From a virus (Duplodnaviria; Caudoviricetes), in IMG/VR virus record IMGVR_UViG_2908273394_000001, positions 27,198-91,197 of that record: DNA of 64,000 nucleotides; one strand, written 5' to 3'. The first letter of the stretch is position 1. Each line of letters begins with the position of its first letter. The notes under the pieces were generated by a model that saw only the letters and a list, made by a program, of their open reading frames with translations, did not search any database and was not told where the DNA came from. Both the position numbers and the translations under genes were made by a program. This document shows, one piece after another, positions 1 through 8,960 of the stretch.

Positions 1-370
1 ACGAGCGCGTCACCCGGGTCCGCTGTGCCAGACCGGAGCACGTCTTCGAACAGAACCGCCCTCGCAGCGTGCCGGCCGGGTTGTTCGGCGTCTTCGGGAA
101 GAACTCCGCCTCGCACTGCTCGCAACGCCTGGACTTCCGGCCTGTCGCAGCCTGCCAGCAGCCGATTGAGCAGTAGGTGCCCCTGCTCGCGGCCTCCTTG
201 CCCCTGACACGAAACTCTTCCGCACAGTGAGCGCACGACCGCGAGACCCAGGCGGTGTCCTCGGTCTGCTGCGCCCGGAAGCATTGCTGCGAGCAGTACT
301 TGCTGCCAGCGCGGGACGGCGGCACCGTGAACGTGCTGCTGCAGCGGACGCAGGTAAGCGAGACGGGCAT
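1..370 (-). CDS. 5' part of a protein with tandem CxxC...(Y/F)CSxxC zinc fingers (HNH-endonuclease-associated type); runs off window
   Basis: Manual translation from ATG at 370: MPVSLTCVRCSSTF..KYCSQQC..CAHCAEEF..YCSIGC..CEQCEAEF..FCSKTC; absent from ORF track because there is no stop in the window. Confidence 0.8.
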   Translation of the reverse strand, partial: MPVSLTCVRCSSTFTVPPSRAGSKYCSQQCFRAQQTEDTAWVSRSCAHCAEEFRVRGKEAASRGTYCSIGCWQAATGRKSRRCEQCEAEFFPKTPNNPAGTLRGRFCSKTCSGLAQRTRVTRS

Positions 371-377
371 GCCGCGG

Positions 378-400
378 AGTGTCCCAGGCACCACTGACAA
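378..400 (-). promoter_or_regulatory. RecA-NDp/PafBC-like promoter, leaderless
   Basis: TTGTCAGTG-N8-GACACT, 7 nt before the ATG at 370. Confidence 0.65.
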
Positions 401-490
401 TGCGACGAGGACCAGCTCGGCTCTACGCGTGGGTGCGGAGCTGGCACGTGGTGCGGTGTCCGCCCGTCGCCCCGGGCGGAGGCGCCCGTC

Positions 491-745
491 TCAGTCGACT
501 TCGACGTAGGCGACGAGGATGACGGTGCCGAGCGCGGTCGGGATGTACACGATCCGAACGCGGCTGTCGCGGTACTCCCACTCCATCTTCCCCTCGACCT
601 GGGCGCCGAGCCGGTGGTCGAGGGAGAGACGGACGATCGCCGGGTCGAGGACCTCGCGCTCGGCGTCGGTCATCGCCTCGATCTGCTGCTCCGCAACGTC
701 GTGGAGGACGACGTGGGCGCGCCAGGGGCCGTGCTTGGGTGACAT
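491..745 (-). CDS. RelE/ParE-like toxin candidate
   Basis: 84 aa, EYRDSRVRIVY strand pattern, TGATG-coupled to upstream small acidic ORF. Confidence 0.55.
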   Translation of the reverse strand: MSPKHGPWRAHVVLHDVAEQQIEAMTDAEREVLDPAIVRLSLDHRLGAQVEGKMEWEYRDSRVRIVYIPTALGTVILVAYVEVD

Positions 746-957
746 CAGGCGGCGCCGGGCGTACGGGCAGCGTCGGCGTCGCCGAGACCGTACCGGGCCT
801 GCACAGCGGCGTAGGGGGTGGCGGTCGACAGGTCGATGCCCTCGGCCGCGATCTGCTCGAGCGCGTAGGCGAGGAGTCCCTCGCCGGTCGCGGCGCGCTC
901 GCGGGCGGACTCGCGCAGCTGCTGCTGCTCGTCCTCGTCGAAGATGAGGTGCGCCAT
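745..957 (-). CDS. Putative antitoxin
   Basis: 70 aa acidic protein, GGAGG RBS, overlaps toxin start. Confidence 0.5.
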   Translation of the reverse strand: MAHLIFDEDEQQQLRESARERAATGEGLLAYALEQIAAEGIDLSTATPYAAVQARYGLGDADAARTPGAA

Positions 958-983
958 CGGGTGTCCTCCTCGTTGTCGGCTAC

Positions 984-1016
984 GCCCGAGGCTAGCGCAG
1001 CGGCCTTGCCTCGGGC
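984..1016. promoter_or_regulatory. Inverted repeat overlapping a TAGCCT -10 element (putative TA operator or terminator)
   Basis: GCCCGAGGC-N15-GCCTCGGGC. Confidence 0.45.
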
Positions 1017-1022
1017 ACGGGG

Positions 1023-1379
1023 TCAGTCCTTGTACGCGATCGGCCCAAGGCCACTGTGCGCGCGGTTCAGTGCGCCGCGGAGGGTCTCGGCGGCGCCGGC
1101 CGCGATGGTGAGACCGGCGTACGCGGCCTCCAGGTCGGCGGTGAGGGTGTCGCGGTCGCTCTTCAGGTGCCCCTCGTCCTCGAGGCGCTTGAGGAGCTGG
1201 GCGGTCTGCTCGAGGGCCTGCGGGAGCATCCCCGTCATGTAGACGAGGTTGCCGACGACGCTGTACGCGTCACCGGGGTACTCCCAGCCAGGCCGGGGGC
1301 TGCCGAGGGTGGCGTGAGTCAGGGCGCGGATCGCGTCGCCGACGGTCTCGGAGAGCTGAGCGGGCGTCTTGTCGGTCAT
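1023..1379 (-). CDS. Hypothetical helical protein
   Basis: 118 aa ORF, GGAGG RBS, GC3-biased codons. Confidence 0.75.
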   Translation of the reverse strand: MTDKTPAQLSETVGDAIRALTHATLGSPRPGWEYPGDAYSVVGNLVYMTGMLPQALEQTAQLLKRLEDEGHLKSDRDTLTADLEAAYAGLTIAAGAAETLRGALNRAHSGLGPIAYKD

Positions 1380-1412
1380 GCGCGGGGCCTCCGTGGTGTG
1401 CCGGGACCGCCG

Positions 1413-1434
1413 AGTATGTCAGCGGCCACCGACA
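1413..1434 (-). promoter_or_regulatory. RecA-NDp/PafBC-like promoter
   Basis: TGTCGGTG-N8-CATACT. Confidence 0.6.
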
Positions 1435-2222
1435 CCAGCGGCTGGTTCCCGCCAGACGTCGGGAACGCTGGCGTCCGGTACCTGCAGTTCAACGCTCACG
1501 CCCGCCGAGGCTGACTCGGGTCCGTCGCTGGGGCTGAAGGTGCTCAGGAGCGTCCCCTGGTACCGACCCAGCACGGGTGCGCCGAGAGCATCCGCCCACC
1601 GTTCCAGCTGCGGCCTTGCCTTGTCGACACCCAGCGGGGTCAGGTCGGCAGTGGCGACGCCGTTCCTCCACGCCCACGGAAGCTGTTCTCCCATGGCTTC
1701 CTCGAGGGCCATGACCCGGGCAAGGTTGCGAACCGCAGCGAGGGTCTGCTTGGTGAGGACCTCCGCGTGGTGCGGGATCAACGCCTTTCGTGCGCGGTCC
1801 TGACTGTTGTGGGGATTACTGGGAGAGACCCACCCGCATGAGCAGGACGCGTTCCAGCCCTGCACGTGCGTGTAGCAGCCCCTGCGGACGGGGTTGTGGC
1901 TCTTCACCACCTTGCTGTGCCCCGCGACTCTTCTGGTCTCTTCCAGCCGGCGGTACACGCGAACCTTGCACCAGGCGGGTACGTGCCGCATGAGCGGCGG
2001 GGGCGAAAAGTCGTTCATCAGAGGGCGCCTCCAGTCGTCTGGCGCGTATCCCCCGATGGACCAGGTCTGCGTCCGCTCGGTGATCTCCGTGACGCGTACG
2101 GGCCCCGTGCTGTGGTCCGTGATGTCGCCGAGTTCAACCTGCCCAGGCTTCAAAACCAACGTCACATAACCGTCGGCAGGCCGGTAGGAAGGCAGGGACG
2201 GCTTGGTCAGCGTCGCGTCCAC
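1419..2222 (-). CDS. Hypothetical protein with H/CxC..H metal-binding motif
   Basis: 267 aa ORF, AAGGAG RBS, WNASCSCGW motif. Confidence 0.7.
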   Translation of the reverse strand: MDATLTKPSLPSYRPADGYVTLVLKPGQVELGDITDHSTGPVRVTEITERTQTWSIGGYAPDDWRRPLMNDFSPPPLMRHVPAWCKVRVYRRLEETRRVAGHSKVVKSHNPVRRGCYTHVQGWNASCSCGWVSPSNPHNSQDRARKALIPHHAEVLTKQTLAAVRNLARVMALEEAMGEQLPWAWRNGVATADLTPLGVDKARPQLERWADALGAPVLGRYQGTLLSTFSPSDGPESASAGVSVELQVPDASVPDVWREPAAGVGGR

Positions 2223-2258
2223 GGGCTGCTCCTTCGAGGAAGGGAAGCGTACGCGGCG

Positions 2259-2280
2259 AGTATTCCAGCGACCAGTGACA
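2259..2280 (-). promoter_or_regulatory. RecA-NDp/PafBC-like promoter
   Basis: TGTCACTG-N8-AATACT. Confidence 0.55.
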
Positions 2281-2368
2281 GTACAGCCCGCAGTTCACCC
2301 AGACGAGCGGCAGGATCCCCGGCATGAGCGAGTGGCGATCGCCCTGCTCGCAGCCGGAGCGGCCGCAC

Positions 2369-2641
2369 TCACTCCAGTCGGTCGTACAGACCGGGCTTCC
2401 AGTCGGCGAACAGGGTGAGTGCCGTCTCCGTCTCCGTCCGCTCAGGACTAGTGGAGGTAGCCGGCCACCAGTTCTCAACATGGTGGGCGTCGACGAGGAC
2501 GCCTTCGCGATACCCGTCGAAGTCGCCCGTGTCTTCCGCGATTCCCATGTGAATGGGGGCGTCGTCGGGGACGTCCTTGAGGGCTTCGCGGAGGCGCCCG
2601 GCGGTCCAGACTTCGGGCTTGTGCTCGTAGGTCTCGCTCAT
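2369..2641 (-). CDS. Small acidic protein, DUF6225-like
   Basis: MSETYEHKPEVWTAGRLREALKDVPDDAPI; leaderless start 7 nt after -10. Confidence 0.65.
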   Translation of the reverse strand: MSETYEHKPEVWTAGRLREALKDVPDDAPIHMGIAEDTGDFDGYREGVLVDAHHVENWWPATSTSPERTETETALTLFADWKPGLYDRLE

Positions 2642-2648
2642 GGCCGCG

Positions 2649-2670
2649 AGTATTCCAGTGACCACCGGCA
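2649..2670 (-). promoter_or_regulatory. RecA-NDp/PafBC-like promoter, leaderless
   Basis: TGCCGGTG-N8-AATACT-N7-ATG. Confidence 0.55.
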
Positions 2671-2770
2671 GCCTGGCGGGACACGCCAGCGCCCCGTCCA
2701 GAGCGCGGACCGGGGGCGCATGGGACGGGCCGACGATCACCCGACGAGGTCACGGGGCGCGCGGACAAGC

Positions 2771-2803
2771 AAAAGGCGCCCAGTCGAAACCGGACGCCGT
2801 TTT
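2771..2803 (-). terminator. Intrinsic terminator
   Basis: GGCGTCCGGT-TTCG-ACTGGGCGCC followed by TTTT on minus strand. Confidence 0.65.
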
Positions 2804-2880
2804 AGTGCGGAGTGGGCGCACCACACCCTCTGTCGGCCAGGGCAGACCCTGACATCGGTACAGTCCTCCGCAGACCGTTG
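2771..2880 (-). ncRNA. Candidate structured small RNA
   Basis: TATGGT -10 at 2887-2892, closing stem TGCGGAG/CTCCGCA (2806-2872) enclosing two hairpins, then terminator; no credible ORF. Confidence 0.35.
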
Positions 2881-2993
2881 GCTGTCACCATACTCCGACC
2901 GGGGCCCGTCAATGCAAGAACGGCCCGCCCGACATGCCGGTGCCCCCGTCCAGAGCGCGGAACGAGGGCGAGTGGGGCGGGTCGACGCCAGGT

Positions 2994-3287
2994 TCACTCC
3001 GTGGCGGTCTGCGGCGCATCCGGGTGGTAGACGTGGCACTTCAGGGTGGCGTCCAGAGTCGGGAAGTAGGTGCTGCCCTCGCCGGGGTCCTCGAGGCAGA
3101 GAGGAAGAACCGTTCCGCTGCTCTGGAGCACCCAGGCGACGACCCGCTCGGTCCATGTGGTGTCGGCGTCCTTGCGGGTGATCTTGATGAGCCAGCCGTC
3201 ACCGGGTGAGGTGCTGATGGCGAAGCCTTCGGGGTGGCCCGTCAGGGTGTAAGGGCTGAACCCCGGGAGGATCTCTTCGGTCGTCAT
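2994..3287 (-). CDS. Hypothetical protein
   Basis: 97 aa ORF with protein-like composition, same strand as neighbours. Confidence 0.65.
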   Translation of the reverse strand: MTTEEILPGFSPYTLTGHPEGFAISTSPGDGWLIKITRKDADTTWTERVVAWVLQSSGTVLPLCLEDPGEGSTYFPTLDATLKCHVYHPDAPQTATE

Positions 3288-3388
3288 GCCCTAGTAACGG
3301 CGTGCGAGCGTCAGGGTGACGGCCGCTGGGCCCGCCACCGACTCGTGACAGGCACCGCGGCCACCGAGGCCGGCCGCGACGCGTTGGC

Positions 3389-4483
3389 CTAGTCGTCCCA
3401 GCCGGCAGCGGGTAGCGGATTTGACGTGCGCCGTGACAGCCAGGAGCGCATGTCCACCCAGGACGGCAGCCACTCCGGCTGATAGCCGGGGCGGTCGTGG
3501 TACGGGTAAGCCATCTCCACCAGAACAACAGCGCCCGTCGTGGATGGGACGCCGAGGAACTGCTCGCCGTCGGGACGCGTGCCCACGGCGGGGAGGCAGG
3601 TGTCGATGATCCGGCGGTCACGAGCTATCTGGGCGAGGCGATTGCCGTCTTGAGCGCACTCGGTCTCGTCGGCCACCAACTGCTCCTGTACCCATGCACC
3701 GAGCTGGAGCAGGTCATTGGCACCCCACACTGACCGACGCTTCGGCAGTACCGGCTTAGGGTGCTGAATGATCCTGTACCGGAGAGCCCGGACTCCAACC
3801 GCAGCTGAGCGTTCGACGTGGTCGGAGTCCTCCAGCTTCCGCAGGTGCTTGGCCATCGTTCCGCGGGTAAGTCCGACCGCTTGTGTTGCCTCAGTCAGGG
3901 TGAACGTGTCGTCCCCGTACATCCTGCTGATCAGGAGGTGTACGAGATCCTGGCGATTTCGGGGCTGCCGAGGAAGCTCATCGTGCCTAGCGACGGCATG
4001 CATCTCCCAGATCTTGGTCAGGAGCCCACGGTGCGCCATCGTGGTGAGCGCTGCGGTGATCGCAACTACGGGGATCCGGTACGTGGAGGAGAGTTCGCCA
4101 TACGGGGGAAGGATCGACCATTGCGGATACGTTCCTCGCTCCAGGTCTGTTTCGACGGCCTCGGTTGCTCGTGCGGTCTCGAACGCTAGGCGCTCACCTC
4201 GCTGGGGAGTGATGCCTCGGTTCCCGCTTCCGTCGTACTTCGGGTCCTCGGCCAACAAGGCCGCTTTCTCCACGGCTGCCGCCTCGCTGCGGGTTTCGTA
4301 CCAGGTGACATTGCGCTTGACGACGTCCAACCACCAAGGTTGGAGTCGCTCGTGAGTTTTCCACCGCTCGTCGATGTCGTGGGTCATTCCCAGGTACAAC
4401 AGCCGATCGTCAGCATCCCAGAACCTGTAGACCGCAGCTCGAGTTTCGGGAGCACGAGCGCCGTTGTCCGTGGAGCTAGTCAC
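3389..4483 (-). CDS. GIY-YIG nuclease - GntR-like wHTH - second wHTH - DUF6221-like fusion
   Basis: VYRF..LLYLGMT..ERW..H; GTYPQWSILPPYGELSSTY; LTEATQAVGLTRGTMAKHLRKL; C-terminal MAYPYHDRPGYQPEWLP. Confidence 0.75.
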   Translation of the reverse strand: MTSSTDNGARAPETRAAVYRFWDADDRLLYLGMTHDIDERWKTHERLQPWWLDVVKRNVTWYETRSEAAAVEKAALLAEDPKYDGSGNRGITPQRGERLAFETARATEAVETDLERGTYPQWSILPPYGELSSTYRIPVVAITAALTTMAHRGLLTKIWEMHAVARHDELPRQPRNRQDLVHLLISRMYGDDTFTLTEATQAVGLTRGTMAKHLRKLEDSDHVERSAAVGVRALRYRIIQHPKPVLPKRRSVWGANDLLQLGAWVQEQLVADETECAQDGNRLAQIARDRRIIDTCLPAVGTRPDGEQFLGVPSTTGAVVLVEMAYPYHDRPGYQPEWLPSWVDMRSWLSRRTSNPLPAAGWDD

Positions 4484-5907
4484 CGTACCCCCTGGTTCTC
4501 AGTCACGCGGCAGTCGGCGCACACCTCAACGGTGGCATCGGCGGGCAGCCAGCGACCACAACCGTCGCATTCGGGCCGGGAGCCGGCCGAATGGTCGACG
4601 ACGACACGCTGCCGCTGAGACGGCAGCGTACGGGCGGGGTCTGACACCGGCGGATGCTCGCAAGCAGCTTCGCGATCCGCCCGCCGGTCCTCGGCACGCA
4701 TCACACAGGAGACGCAGCCCTCGCCCGTGTGGACGTCGACTCGGTCGTCGCACGCCAGGCTCCCGCACTCCCCGGTGTCCTTCAGCATGGCCAGCAGCGG
4801 CCCGTACGGCTGCGCTGGGAGCTGCCCGGCGTAGAACCGCTCTGCCCAGTACCCGTTCCACCGCGCAAGCACCCGATGCTTGACAAGCTGCTGCGCGGTC
4901 CGCTCCCGTGGCTGCCCGGTCGCAAGCGCGTCCAAGACCGCGACAGAAACGTTCGGCGGCAGCCTGTTGCCGAGGGCGGCGTCTAGGTCCGGTGGCAGCA
5001 GGTCCCGTACGGCCTGCACTTGGTCTCGCTGCGCCCTCGACAACCGAGCTGAGTTCTTGCCGGACGCGGCGGAGCCGCTCGAGCCCGCGCCCCTACTACC
5101 TGTAGTTGGCCTACGGCGTTCATTGGGGGCTACGCCCCCGAAGGGGGCCTGCTCGTCTGGAAAAGAAGGCTCTGGAGTACCGGCTCTAGATAGGGCGTCA
5201 CCCATGACGCCACCGGTCACGTCACCAGTGACGCCACCAGTGGCGTCACTGGTGACGCTACCCCCATCTTCTTCGGCGCCTTCAGGGGTGGCCTCATCCA
5301 TGACGCCACCCCCCTTCTTGGGCTTCTTCCGCCGGGCCCGCTCCTTACGCCGCTGCTCCTCGCGCTTGGCCTGCTGGGCGCGCAGCTTCTCGTCATACGC
5401 GGAATGCCAGCCCACCAGGTCGAAGTCCGGCGCGTGCTCGCTCACCCACGCGTCGACGTCCAGGCCAGGGATGGTGTGGCCGTACCGGGCAACGAGCTGC
5501 GGCGGGGTCCCCGCAGGCGGCGTGACGCCGTGGATCAACCAGGCGTCGAAGATCTCGTAGAGGTTGGCGTCGTTCTCGTCCGGCTTGCCTTCCACCTTGC
5601 GGCGGTGAATCTTCACCAGGCCGATCTCGTTCTCCAGGTAGTCGCCCGCGCGGTCCACGGTCTGCTTGGAGCAGTCGAGTGCGGTGGCCAGAGTCTCGCG
5701 GTAGGGATAGCCCTGGCCGGTGTCGCGGGAGCTGACGTCCGAGAAGCTCACCAGCAGGTCATACAGAGGCTTGGCCTTGCCCGCGTTGAGGCCGGCGTCC
5801 GGGTCGCGCGTGACGCAGACGGCGAACATACCGAAGCGGAGGCCGCTGGAGCCGGGTCGGCTCACGCCCGGGCGGTGTCCGTTGGAGGGGCGGCGCGACT
5901 GGGTCAC
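4480..5907 (-). CDS. HTH replication initiator-like protein (phage O/RepA type) with C-terminal Zn ribbons
   Basis: YPYRETLATALDCSKQTVDRA..NLYEI wHTH; internal iteron-like repeats; CxxC pairs. Confidence 0.7.
   Translation of the reverse strand: MTQSRRPSNGHRPGVSRPGSSGLRFGMFAVCVTRDPDAGLNAGKAKPLYDLLVSFSDVSSRDTGQGYPYRETLATALDCSKQTVDRAGDYLENEIGLVKIHRRKVEGKPDENDANLYEIFDAWLIHGVTPPAGTPPQLVARYGHTIPGLDVDAWVSEHAPDFDLVGWHSAYDEKLRAQQAKREEQRRKERARRKKPKKGGGVMDEATPEGAEEDGGSVTSDATGGVTGDVTGGVMGDALSRAGTPEPSFPDEQAPFGGVAPNERRRPTTGSRGAGSSGSAASGKNSARLSRAQRDQVQAVRDLLPPDLDAALGNRLPPNVSVAVLDALATGQPRERTAQQLVKHRVLARWNGYWAERFYAGQLPAQPYGPLLAMLKDTGECGSLACDDRVDVHTGEGCVSCVMRAEDRRADREAACEHPPVSDPARTLPSQRQRVVVDHSAGSRPECDGCGRWLPADATVEVCADCRVTENQGVR
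5193..5312. repeat. 12-bp-period iteron-like array inside the initiator gene
   Basis: TGACGCCACC-type units at 5193, 5205, 5217, 5229, 5241, 5253, 5289, 5301. Confidence 0.65.
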
Positions 5908-6168
5908 AGTGCACCCCCGGCGGCCTGCCGGAGGTGCGGTTCGTGGCCTGCCGTACGGGCGACGCTGGCGGGGGCACTACTTGCCGCGCCGCGCGGGCCC
6001 GGTACTCTCGTTTTCATGGACGGCCTCGCTCATGAGTGATGAGGGAACGTTCGATGCAGCGGGAGACCACCCGCTGTGGTGCTTCGAAGGCCGGTTGAGC
6101 TGCGAACTCGCCGGCCTTCGGCATGTCCGGGCTACCTCGAGCCGCGGTTATGTCGGTACGTATCCAGA

Positions 6169-6465
6169 TCACGAGGCGGCCCGCGTCGACCGCGGCGCCT
6201 TATCGGGGCCTCGGCCCACGATGGGATGGGACTGGAAGAACTCCAGGAACGGCTTCGTCTCCATGACGTCAGCCCGGGCGATCTCCCAGTACGGGTACGG
6301 GCGGTCGATGCCGAAGGGCCAGTCGGGGTGCCGGTAGGCGATGCGTCGGACTCCCTCGCGCGTCATGTGCAAGCACAGGCCCAGGCGCATGAGGAGCTCG
6401 GCTCCGGTGGCGAAGGTAACGACCGGTGGAGTCTCGGTCACCGTGCGGGGGTCTTTCTCCTTCAT
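6169..6465 (-). CDS. Small Xis/AlpA-like DNA-binding protein
   Basis: VTFATGAELLMRLG..MTREGVRRIAYRHPDWP; 98 aa. Confidence 0.6.
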   Translation of the reverse strand: MKEKDPRTVTETPPVVTFATGAELLMRLGLCLHMTREGVRRIAYRHPDWPFGIDRPYPYWEIARADVMETKPFLEFFQSHPIVGRGPDKAPRSTRAAS

Positions 6466-6676
6466 CGGAGCCCCCGGTCTGCGATTTTTACGCCCCGAAG
6501 GAATGCGAGAGTCACGCCAACAAGTAGTCTCAAGGCGACGGCCTTCCTTAGTGATGAGGGTTGGTGCGTCACGTGCTGCCGGCTCGCAGGCCGGTAGTGC
6601 AAAGGACGGCCGGGTGGGGTCGGTAGCCCCCTCGGCCGTTCGTGCGTCCAAGCTGGATGCTGGAACGCACCAAAGA

Positions 6677-7426
6677 TCAGGCGTTACCTCCTTCCTGCAC
6701 ATCTGCGCGGAGGGACGTGGTCCAGCGGAGGATGGTCGAGCCCTCCGCAACCTTGACGGCAACCTCCACGACGCGACCGTCTTCCAGCGTCACTGTGCGG
6801 ACGACCTGGGTGACGACGACCTCGCCAGCGGTCAGCCCCAGAGCTTCCTTCTCCGCCGCCGTGGCGAGCCGGCTGGTGACCTCCTCGAGGACCTGATCCT
6901 GAGCAAGCCCCAGGCGCGACGCCGCGAGCTCCCTCGAAGCACCAGTGGACACCGGCTCCTGCAGCTCAGGGGTCACCGCGATCACGTACGCCGGGTAGTA
7001 GCTGCTGCTCAGATGCACAGGTACACCGCCCCTGCTCACGACCCGTCGCCGCATTTGCACGGGCGTGCCAGGCGGAACGTCGAGACGCGGGGCCACCAGG
7101 GCGTCCGCGCCCACAGTGCCCACCTCAAGAATCCGCGACGACTCGCCCCCATCCAGGGCACTCCCTGTGGCCGCGTGCAAGGCGACCCGCGTACCGATGT
7201 TGTTGCTGGCCGGCGCGGCGACAATCATCTTCGCGCCCGGCTGGGCGAGGACCAATCCCTCCATCTTGAGGACCCGGTACGCACGGTTCACGGTCGTGTG
7301 CGCTACGCCGAACTGCTCCCTGGCGTTCTTGTAGCTCGGCATCTCGTCACCAGGGCGGAGCGTTCCGTCCTGGATCTGCTGCCGGTAGTACGCAGCGATC
7401 TCCGTATACCCGGGCTTCTTGGGCAT
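6677..7426 (-). CDS. GntR (HutC/UTRA) repressor, KorSA/TraR-like
   Basis: YTEIAAYYRQQIQDGTLRPGDEMPS..FGVAHTTVNRAY; UTRA-like C-terminus; divergent from transfer operon. Confidence 0.9.
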   Translation of the reverse strand: MPKKPGYTEIAAYYRQQIQDGTLRPGDEMPSYKNAREQFGVAHTTVNRAYRVLKMEGLVLAQPGAKMIVAAPASNNIGTRVALHAATGSALDGGESSRILEVGTVGADALVAPRLDVPPGTPVQMRRRVVSRGGVPVHLSSSYYPAYVIAVTPELQEPVSTGASRELAASRLGLAQDQVLEEVTSRLATAAEKEALGLTAGEVVVTQVVRTVTLEDGRVVEVAVKVAEGSTILRWTTSLRADVQEGGNA

Positions 7427-7489
7427 GGCCTGCCTCCCTTCTCCTTCGTGTACTGCTCACTTCGTTGTGTGCAGCGGTATGCCCTCTGA

Positions 7490-7551
7490 TCGTAGTTCAC
7501 GAAAACTCGTATCGCTACATGTAGCGCTGGAGAGGGATACTAGTCTACATT
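7490..7551. promoter_or_regulatory. Divergent promoter region with GntR-type palindrome
   Basis: AT-rich; perfect palindrome CGCTACATGTAGCG at 7513-7526. Confidence 0.6.
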
Positions 7552-7678
7552 GGGGTTGTCGGAAACGGCGGGAGCCCAGAAACGCCGAAAGGCCCGGGTG
7601 CGCATACACCCAGGCCTCTCAGGGACCCCGAAGGATCCGGCGCACCGTCCCACCTGCGCATACAGGAGGCCGATCCGC

Positions 7679-7957
7679 ATGAGCCAGGATCGCACGAAGT
7701 TCCCGCTCCTCCACCCCCGACCCGACGCTTTCGCCGAGGCGCTCCGCCGCTCCCGTGTCGCCGACCTCTCCGTGGTCCGGCCGGCGCGCCGGACGCTCGC
7801 CGAGATGGCCCCCGGCTACCAGCGGCAGCCGCTGCTCCGCCTCGTCCCGCTGAAGGCGGCCGACGACGCGTGTGCGATCTGCGGCAGCTGGAAGTGCACC
7901 GGCAACTGTTGGAGCGCCGCCCCGGCTCCCACGTCCGAGACGGCGGTCGCGGCATGA
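7679..7957 (+). CDS. Small protein with CxxC-CxxxC motif
   Basis: AGGAGG RBS; CAICGSWKCTGNC. Confidence 0.65.
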   Translation: MSQDRTKFPLLHPRPDAFAEALRRSRVADLSVVRPARRTLAEMAPGYQRQPLLRLVPLKAADDACAICGSWKCTGNCWSAAPAPTSETAVAA

Positions 7958-8133
7958 CGGCGCAGCGCGGGGGAGACACCCCGGACCCGCTCCTCATCGC
8001 CGAGATCGAGGACTACTTCGCCCGCCTCGACCCGCTGGACCTCCTCGACGACGTCCTCGCCTCCAAGAACCCGGACGGCGCGGCCGCCGCCTACCAGCAG
8101 CTGGTCACCCGCGACTGGGACGGCGAGGAGTGA
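7954..8133 (+). CDS. Small acidic hypothetical protein
   Basis: ATGA coupling, 59 aa. Confidence 0.6.
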   Translation: MTAQRGGDTPDPLLIAEIEDYFARLDPLDLLDDVLASKNPDGAAAAYQQLVTRDWDGEE

Positions 8134-8557
8134 TGGACAACCACCCCTCCACCCACATCCCGGGCCACGCGGCGCCGATTCCGTCCCGCACCAGCCCGGT
8201 CCCCCGCTCGACGACGAGGACGAGCTCGCCGGCGCCCTGGCCGACATGGTCGGCATCCACCCCGCGCTCGACCTCTTCGTAGACGCCATGCGGTTCCTGG
8301 CCGTCGACCGGCTGACCGCCGACCAGACCCAGTCCGCGCTCGTCACCCTCGCCGGTGCCGACGCCAGCGCGCTCGTCGTGATCGGACTCGTCGCGCAGCG
8401 CCTCACCAACCCCGACACCAACCCCGCGCTCAACACCCTCGACGCGGACACCGCGAAAGACGTCCGCCAGCTCGGCGAGCAGTTCGCGTACGACCTGGCC
8501 GTCCTCGACCCCGGCGACCGGCTCAACGAAGCCGCCGCCCGCATCGACGGCATCTGA
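8133..8557 (+). CDS. Hypothetical protein (probable 1-nt sequencing deletion near 8181)
   Basis: MDNHPSTHIP.. joins ..HQPGPPLDDEDELAGALADMV on adding one C. Confidence 0.6.
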
Positions 8558-8635
8558 CCCACCCCGCGCGACACGCACCACCCCCCTGGGGCCCGGCAAC
8601 GGGCCGGGCCCCACCCCATCCGAAGGAGCACCGCC

Positions 8636-8884
8636 GTGTCCGAGACCACCACCCAGCCGACGAGCCCGGCCCCGGCTCCGCCGCAGCAGGGCAGCCACCA
8701 CTGGGTGATGACGCTGGAACTGCCCGGCCGGGCGACGGTCACCGACTCCAACACCTGGACCCCGGCGCCCGGGTCTACCCGGTACGACGCCTTCGTGGGG
8801 ATCAGGAAGGCCCTGACCGACAAGCACCCGGAGTTGATCAACGCGGTGTGCGTCTTCTTCTCGCTCGAGCGCAACACCCTCTGA
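8636..8884 (+). CDS. Small protein typical of Streptomyces conjugative elements
   Basis: AAGGAG RBS; HHWVMTLE..TRYDAF..VFFSLERNTL. Confidence 0.7.
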   Translation: MSETTTQPTSPAPAPPQQGSHHWVMTLELPGRATVTDSNTWTPAPGSTRYDAFVGIRKALTDKHPELINAVCVFFSLERNTL

Positions 8885-8960
8885 CCACCTCCCTGCGGGG
8901 TCCGGCCCGGAGCCGACAACGGGCCGGACCCCGCACCCTCTCGCCTCGAAGGAGTTCGTC

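Larger units (their letters stand above)
2692..2961. repeat. 18-bp direct repeat pair, each in a hairpin
   Basis: CCCCGTCCAGAGCGCGGA at 2692-2709 and 2944-2961. Confidence 0.8.
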
